From: an uncultured Candidatus Entotheonella sp.
GTDB taxonomy: Bacteria > Tectomicrobia > Entotheonellia > Entotheonellales > Entotheonellaceae
NCBI GenBank assembly: GCA_965217185.1
Contig: OZ244252.1
Coordinates: forward strand, 2,432,001-2,496,000
Length of the DNA: 64,000 bases
Direction: 5' to 3'
In this document: piece by piece, positions 32,984 to 42,935 of the stretch
Layout: every line of letters starts with the position of its first letter
How positions within the stretch are numbered: position 1 is the stretch's first letter
The notes under the pieces: generated by a model
What the model was told of the DNA's origin: nothing
What the model saw: only the letters and a program-made list of their open reading frames with translations
Database searches by the model: none
Made by a program: the position numbers and the translations under genes

Positions 32984-34063
32984 CTAACTCGTGCCGCCGA
33001 CGGCGAGGCCGCTGGATTGGCGGCGCGGGGTGCGTTGGTGCCAGTACACGAGCAGCGGGCTGGCGATGAAGAGGGTGGAGAAGGTTCCTGCAATGACGCC
33101 GACGAATAGGGCGAAGGCAAAGCCGCGGATAACCTCGCCACCGAGGACGAGCAGAGACACGATGACGATGAGAGTCAGGCCCGAAGTGAGAATCGTGCGG
33201 CTGAGGGTTTGATTGAGGCTTTCGTTGACGACCGACGGAAAGTCGTCCCAACGCCGGCTGCGCATGTTTTCGCGCACGCGGTCGAAGATGACGATGGTGT
33301 CGTTCAGGGAGTAGCCGATGATGGTCAGCAGTGCCGCCACCACCTGCAGGTCGAATTCGCGGTTGAAGATCGACAGCAGGCCCACGGTGACGAGCACGTC
33401 GTGATACACGGCAACCAGCGCTGCCAGCGCGTAGTGCAGCCGCAGCAGCAAGCTGAATGCCGTCGTGACGGCCAGGGCGACGACGATCAGAACGGTGGGG
33501 GAGACGTTGGGCAGCCACTGCATGATCGGATACGTCACGATGAAAATGGTTCCCGCCAAGGCGAGCGAAATGAGCCACTTGGCCTCAAAGCGTCCGGACA
33601 GATAGATCACGATACCCAGCACGGCGTAAAACAGGGCAAACAGCGCCTTGCGCCGCAAATCCGCGCTGACCTGCGGCCCCACCACCTCCACCCGCAGAAT
33701 TTCAACCTGCTGCTGCGGGAATTTCTGCTGCAAGGCTTCCTGCAACTGCACCGCGATGTAGGAAATTTCTTCGTTCGACTGCGCTACCCGAATCAGCACT
33801 TCGTCGTTGCCGCCGAAATGCTGCACGATGCTCTGCTCCAGACCCACCGGTGCCAGCGCCTCGCGCACCACGCCGAGTTCCACGTCTTGTCCGAAGCCCA
33901 GGTGCAGCAGGGTGCCGCCGCTGAAGTCGATGCCCTGTTTCAGGCCGCCGTACAGCGCGATAGAGCCCAAGCCGAGAAGGATGACGACCGCGGAGGCGAT
34001 GACACAGACCTTGGTCTTGCCGATGAAATCGATACGTAGTCCGCTGGGGATCAATTCAAGCAT
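32984..34063 (-). CDS. secF: protein translocase subunit SecF
   Basis: GIDFSGG, VGP, HDV, GYSLNDTIVIFDRVRE. Confidence 0.95.
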   Translation of the reverse strand: MLELIPSGLRIDFIGKTKVCVIASAVVILLGLGSIALYGGLKQGIDFSGGTLLHLGFGQDVELGVVREALAPVGLEQSIVQHFGGNDEVLIRVAQSNEEISYIAVQLQEALQQKFPQQQVEILRVEVVGPQVSADLRRKALFALFYAVLGIVIYLSGRFEAKWLISLALAGTIFIVTYPIMQWLPNVSPTVLIVVALAVTTAFSLLLRLHYALAALVAVYHDVLVTVGLLSIFNREFDLQVVAALLTIIGYSLNDTIVIFDRVRENMRSRRWDDFPSVVNESLNQTLSRTILTSGLTLIVIVSLLVLGGEVIRGFAFALFVGVIAGTFSTLFIASPLLVYWHQRTPRRQSSGLAVGGTS

Positions 34064-34078
34064 GGTGGATGAACCTGT

Positions 34079-35629
34079 CTAAACGCTCAGTCGGTTGACT
34101 TGCCGCAGACTGAAGACCGTTTCGAAGATGGTGCGGCTGACAAACACCGCGGTGAACATGCTGGCCGACAGGCCGATGCTGAGGGTGACGGCAAAGCCCT
34201 TGACGGGTCCCGAGCCGAACTGGAACAGTACCAAGGCGCCGATCAGGGTGGTGACGTTGGCGTCGAGAATGGCTGTGAAGGCCCTGCCGAAGCCCGCGTC
34301 GACGGCGCCGCGCACCGACTTGCCCAGCCGCAATTCTTCGCGGATACGCTCGAAAATCAAGACGTTGGCGTCGATGGCCATGCCGAGGGTCAAGAGGATG
34401 CCGGCGATGCCCGGCAGCGTCAGCGTGGCACCGAGGCCGGGGAGCGCCATGACGCCCATCAGGATGAGCAGGTTCAGACCCAGGGCGACGTCGGCGACGA
34501 GGCCGGACATGCGGTAATAGACCAGCATGAAAAGGATGACCAGCGCGCCGCCGAGGAGGGTTGAACGCAGGCCCCGGCTGATCGAATCGCTGCCCAGCGA
34601 TGGGCCGACGGTGCGGTTTTCAATGATGCTGACCGGCGCCGGCAGGGCGCCTTCGCGCAGCACGATGGCCAGGTCGCGCGCTTCTTCCGGGGTGAACGTG
34701 CCGGTGATTTGCGCCTCGCCGCCGAGAATGGGTTCCTGGATCACCGGCGCCGAGAAGATAGTGTCGTCGAGGACGATTGCCAACGCGCGCCCGACGTTTT
34801 CCTGCGTCAGGCGGGCGAACAGGCGCTTGCCGCGGCTGTTGAGCCGCATCTGCACGTAATACTGTCCGAACTGAAATTGATCAGGCAGGGCGCGGGCGTC
34901 GGCCAGCATGTTGCCGGTGAGCCCGGCGCGGCGCTCGACGATGTAGGCCTGGCCCTGGACCAGTAGCTGCGTCTGCGGGTCTTTCTCCTTTTCATAAAGA
35001 ATTTCGGTGCCGGGCGGGGCGGGCTCGTTGGCGTTGATGGCCAGCGACTGCACCAGCTTGAATTCCAACTGGGCGGTCCTGCCGATCAGGTCGATGGCAC
35101 GCTGGGCGTCTTCGAGACCGGGGAGCTGGATGACGATGCGATGGGCGCCTTGCCGACTGATGCTGGGCTCGCTAACCCCGAAGGCGTCCACGCGGTTACG
35201 GATTTTCTCGAGCGCCTGATTCACCGCGTCGCCGCGAATCTGGTTCAGTTCATCGGCTGGGATCTCATACGTCCAGACCTCCGGGGATTGCTCAACGGCT
35301 TGGGAAAAAGGCAGTGCGTTCAGCACGGCGTCATTCACCGCCACCCGCTCGGGCGACTCGCGAAACAGCAGGCGAATCCCCTGCTGGTTGTAGGGCTCCA
35401 CGGCCACAATGGGAACGCCGGCGGCCAGCAGGTCCTTGCGAACGGTTTCGGCGGTACGCTCGAGGGATTGCTCCACCGCCTTGTCAACCTGTACCTCCAG
35501 CACCAAGTGCAAGCCGCCGCGCAAATCCAGCCCCAGCGAGATTTTCTCCCCCGGCGGCATGGACAGAATCAGGCTGGCAACAATCACGACGCCTACAACG
35601 GCGAGTTTAATCGATAAGGTCCGTCCCAC
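34079..35629 (-). CDS. secD: protein translocase subunit SecD
   Basis: LGLDLRGG, GVSEP, VGPSLG, DANVLIFERIREE; GTG 35629 has an RBS (alternative 35641). Confidence 0.95.
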   Translation of the reverse strand: MGRTLSIKLAVVGVVIVASLILSMPPGEKISLGLDLRGGLHLVLEVQVDKAVEQSLERTAETVRKDLLAAGVPIVAVEPYNQQGIRLLFRESPERVAVNDAVLNALPFSQAVEQSPEVWTYEIPADELNQIRGDAVNQALEKIRNRVDAFGVSEPSISRQGAHRIVIQLPGLEDAQRAIDLIGRTAQLEFKLVQSLAINANEPAPPGTEILYEKEKDPQTQLLVQGQAYIVERRAGLTGNMLADARALPDQFQFGQYYVQMRLNSRGKRLFARLTQENVGRALAIVLDDTIFSAPVIQEPILGGEAQITGTFTPEEARDLAIVLREGALPAPVSIIENRTVGPSLGSDSISRGLRSTLLGGALVILFMLVYYRMSGLVADVALGLNLLILMGVMALPGLGATLTLPGIAGILLTLGMAIDANVLIFERIREELRLGKSVRGAVDAGFGRAFTAILDANVTTLIGALVLFQFGSGPVKGFAVTLSIGLSASMFTAVFVSRTIFETVFSLRQVNRLSV

Positions 35630-35668
35630 GTTTTCTCCCACGCATGGCCCGCAAATAGCGTTGCCGGA

Positions 35669-35980
35669 TCAGGCGTCCTGCACCACCTGATCGACATAAT
35701 CGCGCCGCATCTTCAGCTTCATGCCGTTGCCCAGTTCAAGACGCAGTGATTTCTCTTCAACCTTGTCAATAACACCTTCGAGCCCGCCGCGGGTAACGAT
35801 GCGGTCGCCCTTCTTGAGGCCCGCGACCAGTTGCTGGAATTCCTTACGCTGCTTCTGCTGCGGACGGAAAATCAGGAAGTAAAAAATGAGGATGAGAGGG
35901 AGGAAAAGGAACAGCGAACTCAGTAAATCACCCGCCCCGCCGAATATCGACCCTTGAGCGTACGCAATATCTACCCACAA
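35669..35980 (-). CDS. yajC: preprotein translocase subunit YajC
   Basis: FYFLIFRPQQK, LKKGDRIVTRGG; TTG start inferred from RBS. Confidence 0.9.
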   Translation of the reverse strand: MWVDIAYAQGSIFGGAGDLLSSLFLFLPLILIFYFLIFRPQQKQRKEFQQLVAGLKKGDRIVTRGGLEGVIDKVEEKSLRLELGNGMKLKMRRDYVDQVVQDA

Positions 35981-36236
35981 AACAGGATTCCTTACCCGAG
36001 ATGGATGCCGCCAAAGGTGCGAATATAGCATTGAGGCTGCTGAAAAGCACGGTCAAAATCGGCACTTCGTTCTCGAATGAGAAGGTCTATTTTCTGCGTC
36101 TTGTCTTATCCACCCTGCTAATCTATGATCTACCGCCTTTTTAGCAGGGCGTTGTGGAGCGGAGAGGGTCCGCCGTGCCAAAGGATCGTATGGCGGGCGC
36201 TGCGAGCTTGCCTGAAGGGATAGGGGGAAGAGGGCC

Positions 36237-37871
36237 ATGGCCCGCAACGAACAGGACTGGCGGATCAGCACGGTGCGGTTTTACGAATCGCTCTACGCCT
36301 GTGTGTGGCAAACCCTGGAGGGCCTGCTGGGCGCCGCGGCAACGCTGGAACTCGTTGCCCTGAGCCCGAATGCGCTGCGTGAGCGTTATCCGTTTCTGTC
36401 GTATTTCGCGTGGTCCGTACAAGGGTTGGAACCGGGCAGTATGGCGAAGGCCGTTGCCGGCCAGCGGCGGGAGCAGGTGCACGCCGGTTGTGAACGGTTC
36501 TTGCAGAGTGTGCACACCGTAGCGCGCGAGATCGGCGGAGATACCCTGGCGCAGCGTCTGGCGGCGGCAACCGAGCAGCAAAGGGCCGTCCTCGAAGGCG
36601 CGAATGGCTCCCAGCCTGCCGTCGAGGAAGCGGAGGCCGTCGCATCCACACCCGAGGCGGCGCTGCCACTGCTGCAGGACATGGCACGGCAAGCGCTGCG
36701 ACTGTATGGCCGCCTGCAAGCACAGCCAAGCCTGCCGTTTACCATCCAGGCCGTCGCCCACAGCGCCGCACCCCAAGCCATCGGCCCGCTTGTCGACATC
36801 CCCGAGGCCTCCAAGGATTTGGCCCGCTCCGAGGCTTTCTATCACGGCCTGTTTGACCTGTCCCCCGACGGTGTGGTTGTCACCAATTCCACCGGCATCA
36901 TTCTGAAAGCCAATCCACGCGCCGCCGAGTTGCTGGAGTTCGATGCCCCGGAGGTCATGGTCGGGCTGGACGCCGTGGAGTTCTACGTGCATCCCGAACA
37001 GCGCCTGGTGCTGCTGGAGCAGGTCACCCAGCGCCACCATGTCGAGGGCCGCGGTAGCGAGCTCCGCACCCGCCGCGGACGCACCATCATCGTCCAGGCA
37101 TCCACGCGTCTTATCGAATACGAAGGGCAAGTCTGCCTGCTTTCTGTGTTCCGCGACGTCACTGAACGTGCCCGACTGCGGCAGGAGATGGAGGATTTCG
37201 CCTACTCCGCCAGCCACGATTTGCAGGCGCCGCTGCGCACTTTCGAGGGCTACGCGCGCTGGCTCGTCGACGACTACGGCGAGGTTCTGGGCGAGGCGGG
37301 TCGCCAGTTGTGCGAGGAAATCATCGACGACGCCTTGCACATGAAGAAGCTGCTCGACGGTCTGCTTGAATACTCCCGCATCGGGCGCATTCATACCCAG
37401 GCGGTGGACGTGGACGTGCGGCAGGTACTCGACCGGGTGCTGCATGATTTGCAACTCGAAGTGACCGATACGGGGGCGGACGTCCAACTGCCCGAGCCGC
37501 TGCCCACCGTCATGTATTCCGAGGTGCGGCTGGTGCAGATTTTCAGCAACTTGATCAGCAACGCGCTTAAATTCACCAACGGCGAAGCGCCGCGCGTGAC
37601 CGTGGCGTGCGAAGACCAGGAGCGGTACTACCGTTTTGCGGTGAGCGACAATGGCATCGGCATCGCCGAGGAGCATTTCGGACGCATTTTCGAGATTTTC
37701 AAACGGCTGCACACCCGTGAGGCATATCCGGGCACCGGCGCCGGGCTGACCATCGTGAAAAAGATCGTCGAGTCGAATGGCGGCCAGGTCGGGGTGGAGT
37801 CGGCGCCGGGCGTCGGCTCGACGTTCTGGTTCACGATTCCGAAAACGGAGGGCTCACCATGCGCCGCCTGA
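36237..37871 (+). CDS. cytoplasmic PAS sensor histidine kinase
   Basis: PAS domain, H-box SHDLQAPL, NLISNALKF, DNGIG, GTGAGL; no TM segment. Confidence 0.9.
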   Translation: MARNEQDWRISTVRFYESLYACVWQTLEGLLGAAATLELVALSPNALRERYPFLSYFAWSVQGLEPGSMAKAVAGQRREQVHAGCERFLQSVHTVAREIGGDTLAQRLAAATEQQRAVLEGANGSQPAVEEAEAVASTPEAALPLLQDMARQALRLYGRLQAQPSLPFTIQAVAHSAAPQAIGPLVDIPEASKDLARSEAFYHGLFDLSPDGVVVTNSTGIILKANPRAAELLEFDAPEVMVGLDAVEFYVHPEQRLVLLEQVTQRHHVEGRGSELRTRRGRTIIVQASTRLIEYEGQVCLLSVFRDVTERARLRQEMEDFAYSASHDLQAPLRTFEGYARWLVDDYGEVLGEAGRQLCEEIIDDALHMKKLLDGLLEYSRIGRIHTQAVDVDVRQVLDRVLHDLQLEVTDTGADVQLPEPLPTVMYSEVRLVQIFSNLISNALKFTNGEAPRVTVACEDQERYYRFAVSDNGIGIAEEHFGRIFEIFKRLHTREAYPGTGAGLTIVKKIVESNGGQVGVESAPGVGSTFWFTIPKTEGSPCAA

Positions 37872-38299
37872 CCGTGCTACTCGTGGAGGACAATCCGCGC
37901 GACGTGCGCCTGACGGAACGGGCCTTCGCGCAGGCCAACATCTCGCACGACCTGCGGGTGGTGCGAGATGGCGACGAGGCGCTGGAATATCTGCGCCGCG
38001 AGGGCGCCTACACGGTTTCCACCAACTCGCCGCGCCCGGACATGATCCTGCTCGATCTCAACCTGCCGCGCATGGGCGGGCATGAACTCATGCAACACGT
38101 CAAGCAGGACCTGCGCTTCCGGCAGATGCCCATTATCGTTCTGACGACGTCCGGGCGTCCCGATGACGTGCGCCAAGCTTATGAGAACGGCGCCAACGCC
38201 TATCTGCTGAAACCCGTTGAATTCAGCCGCTTTACGGAGGTCATTGGCCACTTGGCGAGTTTCTGGCTGGAAACGGTCGAATTGCCGCCGGAATTATAG
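37859..38299 (+). CDS. single-domain response regulator (Rcp1-like)
   Basis: VEDN..D, LLDLNLP, LTTS, GANAYLLKP, FWL. Confidence 0.92.
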   Translation: MRRLTVLLVEDNPRDVRLTERAFAQANISHDLRVVRDGDEALEYLRREGAYTVSTNSPRPDMILLDLNLPRMGGHELMQHVKQDLRFRQMPIIVLTTSGRPDDVRQAYENGANAYLLKPVEFSRFTEVIGHLASFWLETVELPPEL

Positions 38300-38333
38300 A
38301 GAAGGTCTGACAGCCTCAGGAGGAAACAACACG

Positions 38334-38828
38334 ATGGCAACCCCGTCCTACCGACTCTTGGTGATTGATGATTCAAAGCGTGACACGCTGCTGCTCGAGC
38401 GCATTCTGCAACAGGCCGATGATGCCAGTTTTACGATCACCCACAGCGATTCGGCACACGCCGGGCTGGAAGAACTCGTCTCGCAGACCTACGACTTGGT
38501 GCTGCTGGATTACTATCTGCCGGATATGGACGGCTTGGCTTTTTTGGCAGAGAAACAACAGCGGGGTATGGCAACGCCGGTGATCATGCTGACGGCTTTC
38601 GGCGAGGAACGCCTGCCGGTGGCGGCCATGCAGGCCGGCGCGCAGGATTATTTCCGTAAGGATCAGGTGAACTCGGGATTGCTCGGCAAGGCCATCCAGC
38701 AGGCAATCGAAAAAGCCCGCCTGCAGACCAGCGCCGCCGCCGATGCCGAACGAATGCGCGAGATGGAAGAGACGGTAGCCCGGCTGCAGGCCCAACTGCA
38801 GGCATTGCAACAGGATAAAGGAGCGTGA
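38334..38828 (+). CDS. response regulator receiver with coiled-coil tail
   Basis: IDD, LLDYYLPDMDG, GAQDY; AGGAGG RBS. Confidence 0.88.
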   Translation: MATPSYRLLVIDDSKRDTLLLERILQQADDASFTITHSDSAHAGLEELVSQTYDLVLLDYYLPDMDGLAFLAEKQQRGMATPVIMLTAFGEERLPVAAMQAGAQDYFRKDQVNSGLLGKAIQQAIEKARLQTSAAADAERMREMEETVARLQAQLQALQQDKGA

Positions 38829-38840
38829 GGCAGGTATGCG

Positions 38841-39725
38841 TCAGGCTTCGGGCGGCTTCAGGATCGCCTCGATCTGCGGCGCGATTTCCGGGCTGAGCGC
38901 CCCTTTTTCAACGCCGAACGGCACCGCGGCGCGGGCCAGCTCGCGGTACAAGGGCAGCACCTCAGGCGCGCGAGCGGCCAACGTCTCGACGTGTTTGCGA
39001 ATCGTTCCCAGATCGCCTCGCACATAGGGCCCGGCAACTGCGCCGGGCACGCCCGATCGTTCCAGGTTGTTTACCACGCCTCGCATCATTGGCACCAACG
39101 CCTCAACCCCCTCGGCCCGCGAGTATCCGCACTGCTCCCACAATTGCGCCGCGGTGGCCGCCAGACACGTCAGCAGATTGCCCATCATGACGCCTGTCAG
39201 GTGGTAGAGCGCCTTGTCCCTGGAGTTCAGGAACACCGGCCTGCCGCCGATGGCCCGCGCCATGTCCGCCAGCGCCGCCCGCACTTCCGGATTGCCCTCG
39301 ATGCCGAACGTCGTTCCCGGAATGCTGTCCACGCCGTTTTCCACCGACGAAAATGCCTGCAGCGGGTGAAATGCCCCCGCCTCCGCTCCTTGGCTCACCG
39401 GATGCCGGAACACGTCCAGCGACGTGGCCCCGGAGCAGTGAATCACCCCCTGTCCGGGTCGCCACCTCACGCCATCTGCAACGCTCCGAATGGCGTCATC
39501 CGCCGTGCTGATGACGACCAGTTGCGCGGCGTCTGCCACTCCCTGAGCCGCGTGATATGCCTGGCATCCGTCGATGCGCTTGGCGAAGCGCTGCGCCGAA
39601 GCGAACGTCCGGCTCCCAATAGCCACGACTCGATAACCGGCGCGCGACAAGCACACGCCCAGGGAGCCCCCAACCGCCCCGGCGCCGATAAAGCCGATTG
39701 TCGATGTGCGGTCGAACAATGCCAT
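38841..39725 (-). CDS. Rossmann-fold / DUF2520 oxidoreductase (PanG-like)
   Basis: GAGAVG, HCSG, FHPLQAF, KALYH, GP..RGD. Confidence 0.82.
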   Translation of the reverse strand: MALFDRTSTIGFIGAGAVGGSLGVCLSRAGYRVVAIGSRTFASAQRFAKRIDGCQAYHAAQGVADAAQLVVISTADDAIRSVADGVRWRPGQGVIHCSGATSLDVFRHPVSQGAEAGAFHPLQAFSSVENGVDSIPGTTFGIEGNPEVRAALADMARAIGGRPVFLNSRDKALYHLTGVMMGNLLTCLAATAAQLWEQCGYSRAEGVEALVPMMRGVVNNLERSGVPGAVAGPYVRGDLGTIRKHVETLAARAPEVLPLYRELARAAVPFGVEKGALSPEIAPQIEAILKPPEA

Positions 39726-39737
39726 GCAAATGTCCCT

Positions 39738-41111
39738 CTAACCTGGCCTGCGGGGGAATTCGAGCAGTGCCTGCTCGACGACCTCCGTGAGAGCCGGGTG
39801 GATGTAGATCGTGCCGGCCATGTCGTCAACCGTCTGGCCGTACTTCATGCCCTGCACCAGCGGCTGGATGAGCAGCGATGCGTGCGGCCCCATGATGTGC
39901 GCGCCAAGCAGCAGGCGGCTGTCCGGGTCGGCGATCAGCTTGACGAAGCTGTCGGTGTCATCCATGGCCCAACCGTAAGCGATGTCGGCGTACGGGCGGC
40001 GCGCCGTCATGTACGGACGGCCTTGCCGCACGACATCGCGTTCGGTGAGGCCGACGGCGGCCACCTGCGGGGCGCTGAAAACTGCATTGGGGACGCCGTC
40101 GTAATCGACCGGCAGCTTATCGCCGCCCACGAGATGCCGCGCGATGGCCCTGGCCTCGGCGTTGGCAATGTGCTTGAGCGGGTGGCGGGAAGCCAGGTCG
40201 CCGAACGCAAAAATGCCGGGGACGTTGGTTTCCATGCCAGCGTCGGTCAACACGCGCCCGCGGGCGTCCACCTCGATGCCGGCGGCGGCAACGTTCAGGG
40301 TATCCGAATTAGGCCGCCGCCCGCTGGCGATGAGCACGGCATCGACCCTGACCGTGCGGGGCGCGTCGTCCACCTCGACCTGCGCGGCGATGCGGCCATT
40401 CTCCGGGTTGACGCTGCGAACCTGGGTGTGCAGCAGGACGTTGAACCGCCGCTGGCAAATACGGGTAAATGCCTGCGCCACGTGGTCGTCCTGGCGCTTG
40501 ATGAGCGCGCCGCCGTGATCGGTGAGGGTAACTTGCGTTCCCAGCGAGCCGAAGAAGTGCGCCATTTCCACGCCGATGTATCCACCGCCGATGATCAACA
40601 GCGAGTGCGGCTGCGTCTCAAGGCGCATGATGGTGTCCGACGTATGGTACGCGATGCTTTCCAGCCCTGGAATATCCGGCACCACCGGCCGCGCCCCGGC
40701 ACCGAGCACGATGCGTTCCGCGGTGATCTGGTGCTCGCCCGTCTCCAGAACGTACGGCGCCACGAACTGGGCGGGGGCGTCGTATACCGTCACGTGCGGC
40801 TGCGACCGGCGGTATTGCGCCCCCGCCTCGGCAACGGGATCGATTTTCTCCCACACGCGGCCCACGAGCCGCTGCCAATCCACCCGCTCCAGGGTATGGC
40901 GCAACCCCAAATGCGCGCCGTGGCGCGCCATTTCGGCTACTTCCGCCGCATACAGCAACATCTTGGATGGGATGCACCCGCGGTTCAGACACGTGCCGCC
41001 GAACTTGTCCGGTTCTACGATCGCCAGCCGCCACGTATCCATTTCCGGCACCGGAATCATGTTCCCGGAACCCGCGCCAACGATGATCAGGTCATAGTTT
41101 TCTGTGTTCAT
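39738..41111 (-). CDS. pyridine nucleotide-disulfide reductase, mycothione-reductase-like
   Basis: GAGSGN, GGTCLNRGCIPSK, GGGYIG, AYGWAMDD, YIHPALTE. Confidence 0.8.
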   Translation of the reverse strand: MNTENYDLIIVGAGSGNMIPVPEMDTWRLAIVEPDKFGGTCLNRGCIPSKMLLYAAEVAEMARHGAHLGLRHTLERVDWQRLVGRVWEKIDPVAEAGAQYRRSQPHVTVYDAPAQFVAPYVLETGEHQITAERIVLGAGARPVVPDIPGLESIAYHTSDTIMRLETQPHSLLIIGGGYIGVEMAHFFGSLGTQVTLTDHGGALIKRQDDHVAQAFTRICQRRFNVLLHTQVRSVNPENGRIAAQVEVDDAPRTVRVDAVLIASGRRPNSDTLNVAAAGIEVDARGRVLTDAGMETNVPGIFAFGDLASRHPLKHIANAEARAIARHLVGGDKLPVDYDGVPNAVFSAPQVAAVGLTERDVVRQGRPYMTARRPYADIAYGWAMDDTDSFVKLIADPDSRLLLGAHIMGPHASLLIQPLVQGMKYGQTVDDMAGTIYIHPALTEVVEQALLEFPRRPG

Positions 41112-41296
41112 TGCGAAACTCCTCAGCTATCTTCTGCATTACAGATACATCATAGATAACGATTTTGGGCTTGCTCATCTTTCAGCCAATTCGGTAAAGT
41201 GGCGCGTTTCCAACTGCAAGCCGCGCGGGATTCAGCACGCCTCGCTAGAAGCCCCACGAGGGCAGGTGACTCAGGTCTGAAGGAGCTGGCAACATC

Positions 41297-42910
41297 ATGC
41301 GTAACGCACACGTGCTTATGAAGAGTCTGGTTATATTGACGCTGGCGGTCCTGTTGTCGGGTCTTGCGCTCGCTGCCGAGCCCAAACGCGGCGGCACACT
41401 ACGGGTGGTCTATGGCAACAAGGTCTCCCACCTCGATTTCCACACCGCACCGGGCTACGAGATGATGTGGGTGGCGATGAACATCGGCTGCGGGCTGGTC
41501 AACGTCACGCCCGACGGCCAGTTCGTGGGCGACGCGGCGACCGCCTGGGAACTGTCGGACGATGCCCTGACGTGGACCTTCAAGCTGCGCGACGACGCTT
41601 TCTTCCACGACAACACCAAGGTGGACGCCGAGGCCGTGAAGTTCAGCATCGACCGCATCATGGACCCGGAAACGAAGTCCGGCATGCGGCGCTTCTACGA
41701 GTCGGTGCAAAGCGTCGAAGTCGTTGATCCACTGACCGTCAAGGTGCACATGAAGCAGCCCTACGCCTTCTTCCTGCACATGCTCGCCGGCTACCGAACC
41801 GGCCTGGTGCTCTACTCTCCCGCCGCCACGCAGGCGCACAGTCTCAAGGCCCGCAAGCGCGGCGACCCGAGCGCCGTCATCGGCTGCGGCCCGTTCCGCC
41901 TTATCGAGTGGGTGCCGAACAACCACTTGGTCATGGACCGCTGGGAGAAGTACTTCAAGCCCGGCCAGCCCTACGTGGACCGCGTCCTCATTCGCGTCAT
42001 TCGCGACCCTATCGCCCAGATGATCGCCTTCAAGACGGGTGAGATCGATTTCATCGCCTCCTTCAGTCCGGAGCACGTGCAGACGATTCAGGCCCAGGTT
42101 CCCGAGGCGCTGGTGCTGACCGGCCCGGAAACCACCCCCATGGTGCTGCGCGGCAAGGTGACGGTGCCCTGCGACGGCAAGCCCGACGCCTCGATGACCA
42201 ATCCGCGCTGTCCGCATCCGATCTTCGGCGACATCCGCACCCGCAAGGCGCTGCTGTGTTACGGCATCGACCGCGAGGAAATCGTCAAAGTAGCCCTGCG
42301 CGGCCTGGCGACGCCGTGGGTCGGCATGATTCCGCCCGGCACCTTGGATACGGTAGATGTCAATTACATGTGCCCCTACGATCCTGACAAGGCCAATGCC
42401 TTGCTGGCCGAGGTGGGTTACGGACCCGACAACCCGTTGGTTACCGAGTTGACCACCGACACGGAAAAGGCGGTATTCAACGCCATTGCCACGGTGGTCA
42501 AGGATCAGTTGGCGCGCCTCGGGGTGACCGTGAACATCAAGCTGGTGGACAAGGTGACCTGGATGAACACCGGCCTCAAGGACGGGCCGTGGGACATGGA
42601 CGTCGAGGACTTGCTGTCGCTGTTGACCCTGGACAGCAACGCCTACCTGACGGTGACCCAATCGACGTGGAACCAGACGCGCCAGACGGATGTGACGGTG
42701 GACGAGTACTTCGCCCGCTACGCGACCGAGATGGACGCCGACAAACGCCGCGCCATCGCCAAGGAATTCCAGGAGTTCATGGCCGACAAGCTCTATTGGA
42801 ACGTGGTGTCGGGTTCGCCGTTCTTCCAGATCGTGCAGCCGTGGATGAAGGGATACATCTTCAACTCGGAATTCGAGGTGCATTACGAGACGGTGTGGCT
42901 GGACAGGTAG
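41297..42910 (+). CDS. ABC transporter substrate-binding protein, peptide/nickel family
   Basis: Signal peptide, PKRGGTL, WTFKLR..FHD, GCGPF. Confidence 0.9.
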   Translation: MRNAHVLMKSLVILTLAVLLSGLALAAEPKRGGTLRVVYGNKVSHLDFHTAPGYEMMWVAMNIGCGLVNVTPDGQFVGDAATAWELSDDALTWTFKLRDDAFFHDNTKVDAEAVKFSIDRIMDPETKSGMRRFYESVQSVEVVDPLTVKVHMKQPYAFFLHMLAGYRTGLVLYSPAATQAHSLKARKRGDPSAVIGCGPFRLIEWVPNNHLVMDRWEKYFKPGQPYVDRVLIRVIRDPIAQMIAFKTGEIDFIASFSPEHVQTIQAQVPEALVLTGPETTPMVLRGKVTVPCDGKPDASMTNPRCPHPIFGDIRTRKALLCYGIDREEIVKVALRGLATPWVGMIPPGTLDTVDVNYMCPYDPDKANALLAEVGYGPDNPLVTELTTDTEKAVFNAIATVVKDQLARLGVTVNIKLVDKVTWMNTGLKDGPWDMDVEDLLSLLTLDSNAYLTVTQSTWNQTRQTDVTVDEYFARYATEMDADKRRAIAKEFQEFMADKLYWNVVSGSPFFQIVQPWMKGYIFNSEFEVHYETVWLDR

Positions 42911-42935
42911 CCACGCCGCTCCGTGAGGGGTTGCC

